Below, one piece after another: positions 11,000 to 21,402 of a stretch of 64,000 nt of DNA. The stretch's first letter is position 1. Each line of letters opens with the position of its first letter. The notes beneath the pieces were generated by a model that ran no database searches, was not told the origin of the DNA, and saw only the letters and a program-made list of their open reading frames with translations. Source of the stretch: Candidatus Dadabacteria bacterium (lineage in GTDB: Bacteria; Desulfobacterota_D; UBA1144; Nemesobacterales; CSP1-2); contig CAWDVW010000005.1 in the NCBI GenBank assembly GCA_963805855.1, forward strand, positions 224,001 through 288,000, given 5' to 3'. Made by a program: the position numbers and the translations under genes.

Positions 11000-12808
11000 T
11001 TACTGACTGATAGTCAAAAGTAGCTGTCCGACTTCAACTACTTCGCCAAGCTTAACTTCAATTGAATTAACCTTTCCATTACATGGGCTTGCTACGGGAG
11101 TTTCCATCTTCATAGCTTCGAGAACAATGAGTGTATCGTTTTCAGTAACGATATCACCTGGTTTTACAGCTACCTTATAAACATTTCCAGGCAGGCTTGA
11201 TATAACAGGAATAACATTATTGGAAGATGCGGCCCGTTCTTCAATCTTATGAGTGGAAAGATCTGAAACCTTTTGAATCTCCGAACTTCCCTGCCTTACG
11301 GTTACTTGATAATCTCTCCCCTCAACCGTTACTATGAAGCTCTCCGTTTCCCTTCCATCAGACACAGACCTCACAGGCGGGGTAGTCTTTGTCTCTTTCG
11401 GCTCTTCGGCAGATACCTTCCTAACGCTGATGGAGAAATTTCCTTTTAAAAAATCCAGCCCCTTGTTCCCTCCGGGAGTAGCGAGAGCACCAACCGTAAA
11501 TATATTTTCATCAGTTACTGGAAGACCTTCTTTCTCAAGAATCTCCTTTGCTTTTGGTATTCCTGGCTCCAGTATTTCCAAAGGATCTCCATCAAACCTA
11601 GGTTTCCCCAGTTGCGTTTCAGCGATCTTCACTACGTCGGGATCTGGATCAACCGGAGTGCGTCCGAAATAACCGAGCACCATATCGCCGTATCCATCGG
11701 TAATCTTTTTCCATGGTCCCTGTGTAACATTTGCATAGGCCTGCTGGAAATAGAACTGAGATACAGGAGTAACCGAAGTCCCGTAGCCTCCCTTCGCGAC
11801 ACATTCTGACATCGCCTCAATCACCTTCGGGTATAGATGAAGGGTTCCGGTATCTCTCATCATCATCGTATTTGCGGTTAAAGCCCCACCCGGCATAGGA
11901 GAGAGCAGAACCTCTGAGGAAACCCTCAGCGCCTCAGGAGGAAAGTAATAATCCTTCATACATTCCTTGAATACAGAGTTGGCCTCCATAATCTTATTAA
12001 TGTCCACGTCCAAGGTATAATCTGTTCCCTTAAGAGCGTTCCACATCGATATAAGATCGGGCTGCGAGGTGCCACCAGAAACCGGTGCACGAGCAACGCA
12101 GATGCCGTCCGCGCCCGCCTCCATCGCTGCAACATACTGCTGTACGCCTTGAGAGGCGGTTTCATGAGAATGAGCCCAGAGAATTACCTGATCTCCAACT
12201 ATTTTTCTGGCACCCTTGACAGTCTCATAGAATTTTCTCGGATGTGACGTACCTGAAGCATCTTTAAAACATATTGAATCGAATGGTATTCCCAAATCCA
12301 ATATCTCTCTCAAAGTCTTTAGGTAAAAATCTGCATCATGAGCACCACTGCACCCTGGCGGGAGTTCCATCAATGTTATAACAACCTGATGATGAAGGCC
12401 TGCATCTTTTATACACCTGCCCGAATATGCCAAATTACGCGCATCATTCAGTGCATCAAAATTTCTGATGTGGGTAATGCCATGTTTTTTAAACATCTTT
12501 GCGTGAAGGTCAATCATATCTTTGGGCTGCTGTGAAAGAGCAACAACATTTATGCCCCTGGCCAGTGTTTGAAGATTCGTATCGGGTCCAGCCGCATTTC
12601 TAAATGCATCCATCATGTCAAATGCCGATTCGCCACAGTATAAAAATAAGCTCTGAAACCTGGCGCCTCCACCTGCCTCAAAATGATAAACTCCAGCGTG
12701 CACAGCCGCTTCAACAGCTGGGATAAAATCTTCGGTCAGAACGCGAGCGCCGAAAAAGGATTGGAAACCGTCTCGGAAGGATGTGTCCTGAAATAGAATT
12801 TTCTTCAT
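11000..12808 (-). CDS. oadA: Oxaloacetate decarboxylase alpha / pyruvate carboxylase B-type carboxyltransferase with biotin carrier domain
   Basis: [35 protein letters not shown]-terminal EAMKME biotinylation motif; lies between oadG and oadB. Confidence 0.88.
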   Translation of the reverse strand: MKKILFQDTSFRDGFQSFFGARVLTEDFIPAVEAAVHAGVYHFEAGGGARFQSLFLYCGESAFDMMDAFRNAAGPDTNLQTLARGINVVALSQQPKDMIDLHAKMFKKHGITHIRNFDALNDARNLAYSGRCIKDAGLHHQVVITLMELPPGCSGAHDADFYLKTLREILDLGIPFDSICFKDASGTSHPRKFYETVKGARKIVGDQVILWAHSHETASQGVQQYVAAMEAGADGICVARAPVSGGTSQPDLISMWNALKGTDYTLDVDINKIMEANSVFKECMKDYYFPPEALRVSSEVLLSPMPGGALTANTMMMRDTGTLHLYPKVIEAMSECVAKGGYGTSVTPVSQFYFQQAYANVTQGPWKKITDGYGDMVLGYFGRTPVDPDPDVVKIAETQLGKPRFDGDPLEILEPGIPKAKEILEKEGLPVTDENIFTVGALATPGGNKGLDFLKGNFSISVRKVSAEEPKETKTTPPVRSVSDGRETESFIVTVEGRDYQVTVRQGSSEIQKVSDLSTHKIEERAASSNNVIPVISSLPGNVYKVAVKPGDIVTENDTLIVLEAMKMETPVASPCNGKVNSIEVKLGEVVEVGQLLLTISQ

Positions 12809-12826
12809 TTATAACTACCCTCAATT

Positions 12827-13048
12827 CTATTGTTTTCTTCTCGACCTGTATGCAGCAATAGCTGCTGAAATAACCGGGATTGGAAGATGCATTCGCCTAC
12901 CTTCTTCAACCGGTAGCTTTTGAAATTCTACCCTATGCTTAAAAATCCTCGAAGAAATCATGATTAGAACCATGAGTAAAATCAGGAAGACATACACTAT
13001 GGTCATACCGATGATTGTTAATTTCAATCCTTCATAAACTAATTCCAT
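12827..13048 (-). CDS. oadG: Decarboxylase gamma subunit
   Basis: GLKLTIIGMTIVYVFL TM segment and VISAAIAAY motif; first gene of the oad operon. Confidence 0.85.
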   Translation of the reverse strand: MELVYEGLKLTIIGMTIVYVFLILLMVLIMISSRIFKHRVEFQKLPVEEGRRMHLPIPVISAAIAAYRSRRKQ

Positions 13049-13112
13049 ATTTGTGCGCGGATATAGAGTCTAATTACCTTAGCTGAAAATTTCAACAAAA
13101 GTTAACAACATA

Positions 13113-14195
13113 CTAATTTTTTTTCCTGGTTTCCAAAGCCTTTATAACTGAGTCAATCTTTGAACCTAGATAGTCCTGTTTTTCTCTGAGCTCTTCAATC
13201 GAATTCATGATCATCTTATGATTCTCGCTAGAGATTACGTATTCACCGTTGTCAACAAATCTCTCGGCACGACCCATCTCACCTATTTTCAAACTGAGAA
13301 TATCGGGTCTCGAGAAATGACCGACCGAATCAATCACGGCCTTTGCACGTATGATCATATCCATATCAATTTCCGCATACAATATCCCCTCGCAATCGTA
13401 CAGAGGACCTGCTATATATTCGGCTCTGGGGTTTATTATTCCACTACCTCCAGGGAAATCCCAGGTCGTGAACTTCTTAAGTGGGAAACTATCCGGAATC
13501 ATGTCTTCGTTAATGTAACCCGAAGCTACAATCACAAATACCTGTCCCTCAAAGGCATATTCCCTACTGGCGCAGTCCATCGTGGGTTTAACAAATCCAT
13601 GACCGGCCCAGAGTCCTGCATGGACTTGCTCACCTTTCATAAACATTGCGTACTTCGCGAGGGTAATGTGGTGCTCATAACAAAAAAACCCGCCAAGCTT
13701 TCCAAGCTCAGTTTGGAAAACTCCAATGTCCTCTGCACCACCCATACCCCATATACACTTTTCACTGTCAATCGAAAGAAGCTTTCTGTGCTTGCCTATA
13801 ATCGCGCCTGTTTTATCGATGTAAAGTATCGTGTTGTATAATGTACCCCCTTCCCTTTCATTTACTCCGATTATTAAATGAGAGCCTGCCTTCAGAGCAG
13901 CAGATGAAAGCCTTTCCGTATCTTCGCTCGGGATCTCCACCGAGTTTTTATAAAGCTCCATGTAGGCATCCAACACAAGCTTCCTTTCAGGGCCGGTCCC
14001 CAAATCCTTAGGCCAGTATGGATACGCCGGGATAAACGCCTCGGGAAATACTATTAAATCCGCTCCATTTTCTCTAGCCTCTTCAATCAAACTGCAAACC
14101 TTTCCTATGGTCTCACGCTTGTTCAAGAAAACCGGCGCAGCCTGAACAGCTGCTGCAATATATTTTTGCTTTGGGCTCTCCATAGATATCACCAA
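13113..14195 (-). CDS. Nitrilase (carbon-nitrogen hydrolase, class 1)
   Basis: Catalytic triad motifs FPEAFIPAYP, KHRKL and CYEH; GHFSRPD. Confidence 0.88.
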   Translation of the reverse strand: MVISMESPKQKYIAAAVQAAPVFLNKRETIGKVCSLIEEARENGADLIVFPEAFIPAYPYWPKDLGTGPERKLVLDAYMELYKNSVEIPSEDTERLSSAALKAGSHLIIGVNEREGGTLYNTILYIDKTGAIIGKHRKLLSIDSEKCIWGMGGAEDIGVFQTELGKLGGFFCYEHHITLAKYAMFMKGEQVHAGLWAGHGFVKPTMDCASREYAFEGQVFVIVASGYINEDMIPDSFPLKKFTTWDFPGGSGIINPRAEYIAGPLYDCEGILYAEIDMDMIIRAKAVIDSVGHFSRPDILSLKIGEMGRAERFVDNGEYVISSENHKMIMNSIEELREKQDYLGSKIDSVIKALETRKKN

Positions 14196-14431
14196 TTAAA
14201 ACTCAACCGCTATTAGCAGAATAAGCTAATTAGAAGATATACGACATTATCGCAGTAATCATAGTATCTTGTCAACATCTTGTATAAGGATTACCCAATG
14301 GCGCGTTCGGAGAACACACCCTGCATTCTCGCAAATATTAGAGGGATAGTAATGTCCAACGTATAGTGGTTTTTATAAATGCTCATTCGATTGGCGGGTT
14401 TCCCAACCCCGCCAAAAAAATTCTACGGCAG

Positions 14432-14994
14432 TGAAACTCCCTGCTACACGCTGCCGGGTATCGTAATAGAAACTGAAAGTCTCACCTGTTATTGCCGTAG
14501 ATATTACATAATTCGCGGACAGTATCTTAGATCTCAAGTGGGCATTCAAAAAATTGCCAAAATCAATTCCGGAAGCGTTAAAAAAAGTGACAGTCATTAC
14601 TGTCATCTCGAAGGAACACTTCGACGTAGCTCAGTACAGCCTCCGTGACTGAGAGAACTAATTAATTAAAGCAATAGATATTTCGCATTCGCTCAATACG
14701 CAAGCGTTTTTTGACAGCCCTTGATCTTTGTTTCTTTGTATCAAGACAAAGAAAATAAAAGATTAAACAATGGATCCCCGCTTAAAACATTCGAGGATGA
14801 CGGATGAGCAAATTTCCAGGAAATTTATTATTTTTAGGATCTTGTCCACGAAATATCTAACATCTACAATTGCAAGGAGCAACGCGACGAAGCAATCTAG
14901 ACATGAGATTGCTTCACGGAGCCTGCACTGAGGAATGCGAATGTGTTCGCAATGACAGGCCAAGGAAACCCTGCAGCGAGCCACAGGGAATTCA
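14432..14994. mobile_element. Composite non-autonomous element, copy B
   Basis: Outer parts colinear with 1906-2411 (TGAA...GGGTATC.TAATA.AAACTGAA.GTCTCA and ATTGCAAGGAGC...GCAATGACAGGC...CCCTG...TTCA). Confidence 0.7.
14496..14868 (-). mobile_element. MITE copy B, inverted relative to copy A
   Basis: Interior is the reverse complement of copy A/C interior; ATTGC at 14491-14495 and 14869-14873. Confidence 0.75.
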
Positions 14995-15033
14995 GTGGTT
15001 AAACGGGATACATCCCAAAATATTCGGCACCAA

Positions 15034-15939
15034 TTACGCTGGCAACACTGTTGCGAATTTAAGAGAAGGCCTGATCTCGGTTGAAAAGAATTCCATTGTA
15101 TGGATGATATCCTCAAACCTTCCGCCCAGAATCTGAAACACTAGGTGTGACACTCCGCTCTTAGAATATAATTCGATGCCTTTTGATATCATCTCAGGAG
15201 TATCGCGAAGCGGCTCGCGGAGATCGGGCTTCTTCTTTCTTGATTTATAAATTTGCAGATTTTTTCTCAATGATATCACGAAATTTGACGATCTTTTTTC
15301 AGATCGCAATTCGCCCACGGCCCTTCTCTTTTCTTGAATCTCACCGGGTGTAAGGCCCACAGGATGCCACCCATTTCCAAGCGTAATCGCTCTTCTAAGA
15401 GCCACCAGACCGTTACCACCGATCCATAAGGGTGGATGAGGTTTTTGAATAGGCTTTGGGAAAAACTTAATATTAGAAAAATTAAAATACTTTCCCCGAT
15501 AACTTGGCTCCTCGTTAGACCAGAGGTTTTTTAACACATCTATACACTCATCGGTAATCGGACCTCGATCTATGTAAGAAACGCCTAGCGCATCAAATTC
15601 GTCTTCTAGCCATCCTACTCCAACACCCAATGTAAGCCTCCCACCACAAAGGACGTCAAGCGTTGAAATCATCTTTGCAAGAACAATTGGATTCCTATAC
15701 GGAAGAATAATCACACTAGTTCCAAGTTGAATGGACCTTGTCTTAGCAGAAACAAAAGACAATGTTGCCAGAGGGTCGTAAAAGACATCGCCAAAACCCT
15801 TATGCGATTCCGGAATTATAATATGATCGCTCACCCATAAAGAATCGAATCCAAGATCCTCGGCAGATATCGCAATATCAAGGATCGATTCCCTTTGTGC
15901 ATATCTACCGAAATTAGGAAGAGCTATTCCAAACTTCAT
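15034..15939 (-). CDS. LLM-class (probably F420-dependent) oxidoreductase
   Basis: AEDLGFDSLWVSDH, LGTSVIILPYRNP, GRLTLGVGVGW, PKPIQKPHPPLWIGG. Confidence 0.85.
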   Translation of the reverse strand: MKFGIALPNFGRYAQRESILDIAISAEDLGFDSLWVSDHIIIPESHKGFGDVFYDPLATLSFVSAKTRSIQLGTSVIILPYRNPIVLAKMISTLDVLCGGRLTLGVGVGWLEDEFDALGVSYIDRGPITDECIDVLKNLWSNEEPSYRGKYFNFSNIKFFPKPIQKPHPPLWIGGNGLVALRRAITLGNGWHPVGLTPGEIQEKRRAVGELRSEKRSSNFVISLRKNLQIYKSRKKKPDLREPLRDTPEMISKGIELYSKSGVSHLVFQILGGRFEDIIHTMEFFSTEIRPSLKFATVLPA

Positions 15940-16060
15940 TTCTAAGTTAATTTAAGCAAGTAAAAAAAAAGATTTTAACTCCGATGTCTATTTTAAAAAA
16001 TCACGGGAACAGGAAAAGAAAAGGCAATTTTCAGGAAGAAAGATATCATAATTGCAGTAT

Positions 16061-16768
16061 TTAACTCTGGCTCAAAAAATACATCTCGTCGTCAAGAAAG
16101 CTCTTAAAGCTAAGAACCTTCCTAACATACCTAGGCAATTTTATACTGAGATATCTATTACTCTCAAACCTGCTGGGTCCATAATAATAGGCAAAAAGAG
16201 CATCCTCGATATTGTCAAAACGACCCTCTAACAATGAAAGGTAATATATTCCAAGCCTTACATTAAGGAATGGGTCGTGAAGCTCCTTTTTACCACTGAT
16301 TGAAATACCAAGTTTTTCAGCCAGGTATTCAGCAGTCGAAGGCATTACTTGCATAAGCCCAATAGCCCCTTTATCGGAAACAGCCGTCGGTGAAAAATTG
16401 CTCTCTACCTGAATTATCGCAAGGACAAGTGAAGGATCAATTTCATAATTGTCACATTCTTCAATAATCAGTTTGGCCAGCTTCTTTGCCTGTGACGAAG
16501 ATATGTCATCTGAAAATCTTAAAATTAATTTTAAGATATCATTTTCACTCGGTCGGGAAGTGGCTATGTCGCCATTTAAATTCCCATTTTCATATTTCGG
16601 TGGATACGGTTTTAGAAATGTGCTCAGAGTCCTGTTCGCCTGCTGATTCGATATAAAACCAAGTTTATGCAATATAAAAAAGGAAAAGATAATGACTGAG
16701 AATAGAAAAATAATTTTAGAAACGCCAAAAAAATATAAAATGAAGCTGTTGTGAAATCTCTTAAACAT
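16061..16768 (-). CDS. Membrane-anchored lytic transglycosylase (SLT domain)
   Basis: AIIQVESNF, GAIGLMQVMP, N-terminal TM segment; AYYYG in place of the usual AYNxG. Confidence 0.85.
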   Translation of the reverse strand: MFKRFHNSFILYFFGVSKIIFLFSVIIFSFFILHKLGFISNQQANRTLSTFLKPYPPKYENGNLNGDIATSRPSENDILKLILRFSDDISSSQAKKLAKLIIEECDNYEIDPSLVLAIIQVESNFSPTAVSDKGAIGLMQVMPSTAEYLAEKLGISISGKKELHDPFLNVRLGIYYLSLLEGRFDNIEDALFAYYYGPSRFESNRYLSIKLPRYVRKVLSFKSFLDDEMYFLSQS

Positions 16769-17385
16769 TTTAACACCTCCTCTACATCTGCCCTGTCTAT
16801 CAGACTTTCATTTAACTCTTTTTTATTTAAGCGTCAATTCATCTTAGCAGCCCCTAGGACATCATTAACCGAAAGACTAGATAGGCCAAATTTTGTTATA
16901 AATAGTTTCAAATTATTTTTTTTGTTATTTAGAGCAAATCAGGTAATAAATATAAGACAGAGACTTTTCGCAACCATTTTTATAATCTAAGTCAATCAAA
17001 TAACCGTTGTATAAAATACTACTGATAAAACATATGTCAAGTGAGTTATTCGCAAGTGCGAAATGAAGAGAAAACATATTATTCAGTCTTCACATTTAAA
17101 GTCCTATAGTTTTTCTGATTGAAAAGGAATATTTCTTGATTCGAGTTTGTGATAAAAATGTAAGTTCATATCGATAAAAAAGATCTAAGACATCTATTTC
17201 TCCGGAATATCACATAAATTAAATTGCCAATGACAATGGGCTATTAAGCCTCGGTTCACTGGTCGATTTCGTTTAGCCATGGGATTAGTTTAAATACCGT
17301 CATCAGCTCAATACATTATGCCAATTCGTGTCCTAAAGTAGCCTTGACCTTTATTTTATTTCGTGTTAGGTTTTAGGGCTTAATC

Positions 17386-17535
17386 ATGAAGAGGACGTAT
17401 CAACCTCATAGCAAAAAAAGATTGAGAGTGCACGGCTTCCGCGAAAGAATGACAACAAAGGGGGGAAGACGCACTCTGAAGAGAAGGATGGCTAAAGGGA
17501 GACACAGTCTCACGGTTCAGGCCTGGAAGAAATGA
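17386..17535 (+). CDS. rpmH: 50S ribosomal protein L34 (not in ORF track)
   Basis: Hand translation [53 protein letters not shown] overlap with rnpA. Confidence 0.97.
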   Translation: MKRTYQPHSKKRLRVHGFRERMTTKGGRRTLKRRMAKGRHSLTVQAWKK

Positions 17536-17888
17536 ATTTTCCTTCAAGACTCAAATTCCCAAATAAAAATATAATCCGCAAAAGCCATGATTTTAGAGAA
17601 GTTTTTAAGAAGGGTAACACGTGCACTACAAAAAACTTCATTGTCCACTTTAATAATAATTCACTTGGATACCCAAGACTCGGAGTAGTTATTGGAAAGA
17701 AACTATTTGCAAGTGCGGTAAAGAGAAACCGATTAAAGAGATTAATAAGAGAAGTATTCAGAAAAAACAAACTTCAGTTTAATTCCTTTGACTTAGTGAT
17801 CGTCGCTAGTAAAAAAAACGCGGAAACCCTAAATTACGACAATACTCGAAAAGAGATTTGTGATAGAATTAATTTGAAACCCTCATGA
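17532..17888 (+). CDS. rnpA: Ribonuclease P protein component
   Basis: RLGVVIGKK and [13 protein letters not shown] (RNR motif); synteny after rpmH. Confidence 0.96.
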   Translation: MNFPSRLKFPNKNIIRKSHDFREVFKKGNTCTTKNFIVHFNNNSLGYPRLGVVIGKKLFASAVKRNRLKRLIREVFRKNKLQFNSFDLVIVASKKNAETLNYDNTRKEICDRINLKPS

Positions 17889-18106
17889 CGAATAATGCTA
17901 TAAAATTTATAATCGTGTTTTTGCTAAAGATATATAAATACACGATTTCCACCATATTACCTCCATCGTGTCGATTTCACCCAAGCTGCTCAGAGTACGC
18001 ACTATCCGCTATTAACAAACACGGTGTTCCAAGGGGTGTCTGGTATACAATCAAGAGAATCGCAAGATGTCATCCTTTTGGGAATGGAGGGTATGACCCA
18101 GTCTGA
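17885..18106 (+). CDS. yidD: Membrane protein insertion efficiency factor
   Basis: CRFHPSCSEYA and RCHPFGNGGYDPV. Confidence 0.96.
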   Translation: MTNNAIKFIIVFLLKIYKYTISTILPPSCRFHPSCSEYALSAINKHGVPRGVWYTIKRIARCHPFGNGGYDPV

Positions 18107-18121
18107 CGCAAGGTTAAGGGG

Positions 18122-19837
18122 ATGTTTGATAAAACTAAGATTAACTACATATTGTTTTTTGTAATATCCTTTGCAATTATAGTTGGATATTCCGTCTTCT
18201 TTGCACCTAAATCGACAAAGAAAGCTACTAAGATAGTCGGTGAGGAAGAAAGGGTTGTGGAACAACAAGCCCCTCCGACGAAACAGGAAATCCCACTAGA
18301 AGAACCAGTAAAAGAATACGTGATCCCTAGCGAACCGAAGGGAGAGCTCATAACCATAAATACACCCTTATACAGTGGAACTATTGACACTGCCGGGGGA
18401 AGGATAATTAGTTGGAATCTGGAAAAATACAGAGAAACAACCTCAATAGATTCTCCGACTGTTAACCTTTTCAAAGATTCACCACCTTCTTATAACTTTA
18501 ATCTGAAGCTCAAGGGCCTTGATATCCCGGACATCATACCATTCAAATATGATGGCAATAAGGTGCTGGACTTGCGTGATGAAAAGCATGATTTAGCTCT
18601 CTACTGGAAATCACCGGACGGAATCGAGGTCAGGAATATATTCACAATTAACCCCGAAAGTTATCTGCTCGAACAAAGATTTGAGGTCACAAATCCAACA
18701 GATTCTAATGTCAACCAGAGACTATCGGTCGAATGGTATGATCAAATACAAAATAAAGGCAGAAATCAAAACAATAAGGATTTTATTGCTTTGGTCTCTG
18801 ACAAAGTCGAACGAATCAATAGTCTGCCCGGAGAACCCACCCAGTGGAAAGGTTTAATAAGCTGGTTTGGTTTCTCAAACAAATATTTTCTCAAAGCATA
18901 CCTCACCGAAATTGGTGGGGAGACTCAAATTATTTTCACGTCAGTTGGAAGTGATAGTCTTGGTAGAGCCGTCTATCGATATCCTGATGATATCGTACCA
19001 CGGGGTACCACCTCAGTTCACAAATCCAAGTTATTCTTAGGCCCTAAGGACTATCAAATATTGAAATCCGTAGGTTTCGAACTCCAAAATGCGATAAACT
19101 ACGGATGGGCTGGCATTATCGCGAGGCCCGTCGGTCAGCTGCTTACATATATAAACACCTATATCCGCAACTATGGCGTTTCAATAATCGTCATAACTAT
19201 TATTATGAGACTAATTTTCCTTCCGCTGACTGTAAAGAGCATGGCCTCTATGAAAGAGATGCAGAACAAGATGCAGGAGATTAAACCGAAGATCGATGAT
19301 CTCAAAGAGAAGTATAAGGATGATAAGACAAAGCAAAATACGGAGCTTATGAAATTATATTCCAGTTATGGTATCAACCCGCTCAGTAGCCTCGGTGGAT
19401 GTCTTCCACTCTTGATTCAGCTTCCGGTCTTCATCGCCCTATATGAAGTACTGCTGTACTCAATAGAACTTCGACAAAGCTCATTTCTATGGGTGAAAGA
19501 TCTCTCCGAACCCGAGACCCTTTTCACTATACCTGGAATCGGGATACCGTTCAGGATATTGCCACTGGTCATGGGTGCATCGTGGTATCTTTCACAAAAG
19601 ATGACTCCCACAACAACTGTCGGAACCGACAATATGCAGATGAAAATGATGCAATTCATGCCCTTGATTTTTACGGTGATGTTCTGGGGATTACCCTCAG
19701 GGTTGATACTATATTGGACAGTGAGTAACATACTATCAATAGGTCAACAACTTTACGTAAACAGTCGTTCTAGGGTGCCAAAAGGAGGAAATATCAATGC
19801 CGATAGTGATAGAAAGAGAAGGAAAGACCGTGTCTGA
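18122..19837 (+). CDS. yidC: Membrane protein insertase
   Basis: Periplasmic domain, NYGVSII, GGCLPLLIQLP, PSGLILYW; synteny. Confidence 0.96.
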   Translation: MFDKTKINYILFFVISFAIIVGYSVFFAPKSTKKATKIVGEEERVVEQQAPPTKQEIPLEEPVKEYVIPSEPKGELITINTPLYSGTIDTAGGRIISWNLEKYRETTSIDSPTVNLFKDSPPSYNFNLKLKGLDIPDIIPFKYDGNKVLDLRDEKHDLALYWKSPDGIEVRNIFTINPESYLLEQRFEVTNPTDSNVNQRLSVEWYDQIQNKGRNQNNKDFIALVSDKVERINSLPGEPTQWKGLISWFGFSNKYFLKAYLTEIGGETQIIFTSVGSDSLGRAVYRYPDDIVPRGTTSVHKSKLFLGPKDYQILKSVGFELQNAINYGWAGIIARPVGQLLTYINTYIRNYGVSIIVITIIMRLIFLPLTVKSMASMKEMQNKMQEIKPKIDDLKEKYKDDKTKQNTELMKLYSSYGINPLSSLGGCLPLLIQLPVFIALYEVLLYSIELRQSSFLWVKDLSEPETLFTIPGIGIPFRILPLVMGASWYLSQKMTPTTTVGTDNMQMKMMQFMPLIFTVMFWGLPSGLILYWTVSNILSIGQQLYVNSRSRVPKGGNINADSDRKRRKDRV

Positions 19838-20480
19838 AGCGATAATAAGAGCATGTGAGGATTTAGGAGTAACCAGAAACGATATTGACGTTCAGGTCTT
19901 GGAAGAGGGTTCGAAAGGGGTATTGGGAATCGGAGGTAAGGAAGCCCGTATAAGGATCACGGTAACAAGGCCAGATGTCAGTGAAAAGGGACTAAAAGCC
20001 AAGAAAGCACTTCAAGAAATACTGGGATATATCGTCTCTTCACATTCTATTACCTTAAAGGAAACCGCAGATAGAATTAAACTTGATGTAAAGATCAGCG
20101 ATGACAAGGGGCTTTTGATTGGCAGGAAAGGCGAGATGATCAAGGCGCTGGAATACATCACCGGTAAAATTGCCGGAAGGTTTTGTGAAGAGGGACGGGA
20201 AAAAAGGGTATTAATCGACATCGATGATTATAAGAGAAGGAGAGAAGAATCTATTTCGAGAATGGTAAAGGATACGGTTAAAAAGGTAAGAAAGATCGGG
20301 AAGCCAATCACGCTTGAGCCAATGTCCGCCTTTGAAAGGAGAATTACATACATAACCCTAAAACAGGAATCAGGAATAACCTACGAAACAAGGGGCACTG
20401 GTGAGGAAAAGAGAATTGTGATAAATCCACAGAGACATAATAGAGCCAGAGACCGACAGTCAAACCAAATGGGGACTTAA
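19797..20480 (+). CDS. jag: Jag/EloR (KhpB) RNA-binding protein
   Basis: Jag_N (EGKTVSEAI...GVLGIG), KH domain GLLIGRKG, R3H-like PMSAFERR. Confidence 0.9.
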   Translation: MPIVIEREGKTVSEAIIRACEDLGVTRNDIDVQVLEEGSKGVLGIGGKEARIRITVTRPDVSEKGLKAKKALQEILGYIVSSHSITLKETADRIKLDVKISDDKGLLIGRKGEMIKALEYITGKIAGRFCEEGREKRVLIDIDDYKRRREESISRMVKDTVKKVRKIGKPITLEPMSAFERRITYITLKQESGITYETRGTGEEKRIVINPQRHNRARDRQSNQMGT

Positions 20481-20575
20481 TTCATATTCCAGGCATGGTA
20501 AAGTTCGTACCTCCTGAGCTCCAGGACAAAATACAAGCATAAACCAATAAAGAATATTCATATAAAGGGAGCCAT

Positions 20576-20893
20576 TTGATGAGTTCTGATAAACCCACAA
20601 AGAGTGAAGACGAATATTTCGCTAAGGAAGACGCTGAAAAGGCAAAGCGCCTCAAGGACAAATTAAGGGGCGAGATTTTAGAAGAGCAAAGGAAAAATAT
20701 AAAAGAAATTTGCCATATGAAATGTCCAAAGTGTGGAGGGGACCTGAAAGAAGTAGTATTTCGCGGCATAAGGATTGATAAATGTAATGCATGTAACGGC
20801 GTGTGGCTCGACGATGGTGAGCTCGAGAAGCTTGCCGGTACTGAGGAGAAAAGTTCATTAAGAGAAATTATCAGCCTCTTTAAGGCTAGTTAA
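20576..20893 (+). CDS. Small zinc-ribbon protein (zf-TFIIB-like)
   Basis: EDEYF N-terminus; CPKC...IDKCNACNGVWLDDGELE. Confidence 0.8.
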   Translation: MMSSDKPTKSEDEYFAKEDAEKAKRLKDKLRGEILEEQRKNIKEICHMKCPKCGGDLKEVVFRGIRIDKCNACNGVWLDDGELEKLAGTEEKSSLREIISLFKAS

Positions 20894-20897
20894 TCCC

Positions 20898-21359
20898 TCA
20901 GCCTCTTAAACCCTGAAAAAAATCTCTCAGTAATTGAGCACATTCTCTCTCCAACACTCCTCCAGAGACCTCGACAATGTGATTTAGTCTTCCATCGCTA
21001 CCTATATTATAGTTCGAAACTACGGCACCCGATTTTGGATCATCGGCACCAAATACTAATCTTCTTAACCTCGCAAGCACAATCGCCCCGATGCACATCG
21101 AGCATGGTTCAAGGGTAACATAAATCGTACTTTGGTTAATTCTAGTGCTTTGGTGCTTTTTTGCGGCTTCTCTTATGGCTATTATTTCAGCGTGAGCAGT
21201 AGGATCAAACGATGTCTCACAAAGATTATGGGCACGGGAAATAATTTCCTTATCGTTTCCTACCAGGACAGCGCCGACTGGAACCTCGCCGCTTAGCCCA
21301 GCCCTCATAGCTTCTTCATAAGCCAATCGCATAAAGGCTTCGTCCCTGTCATGGGTCAT
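20898..21359 (-). CDS. tadA: tRNA adenosine(34) deaminase
   Basis: EVPVGAV, PTAHAE, TLEPCSMC, GADDPKSGA. Confidence 0.93.
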   Translation of the reverse strand: MTHDRDEAFMRLAYEEAMRAGLSGEVPVGAVLVGNDKEIISRAHNLCETSFDPTAHAEIIAIREAAKKHQSTRINQSTIYVTLEPCSMCIGAIVLARLRRLVFGADDPKSGAVVSNYNIGSDGRLNHIVEVSGGVLERECAQLLRDFFQGLRG

Positions 21360-21402
21360 AGAAGTAAGTGGTGTAGAAAGACTGAACAGCTAAATTTTAT
21401 CC

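Noticed and set aside
14373-15136. Short ORFs at 14373-15136, and similar ones at 54579-54842 and 54949-55260 sharing FxNASGIDFGNFLNAHLRSK
   Set aside because: The similarity comes from the repeated MITE/REP DNA; frames are not preserved among copies, so they are not called as genes.
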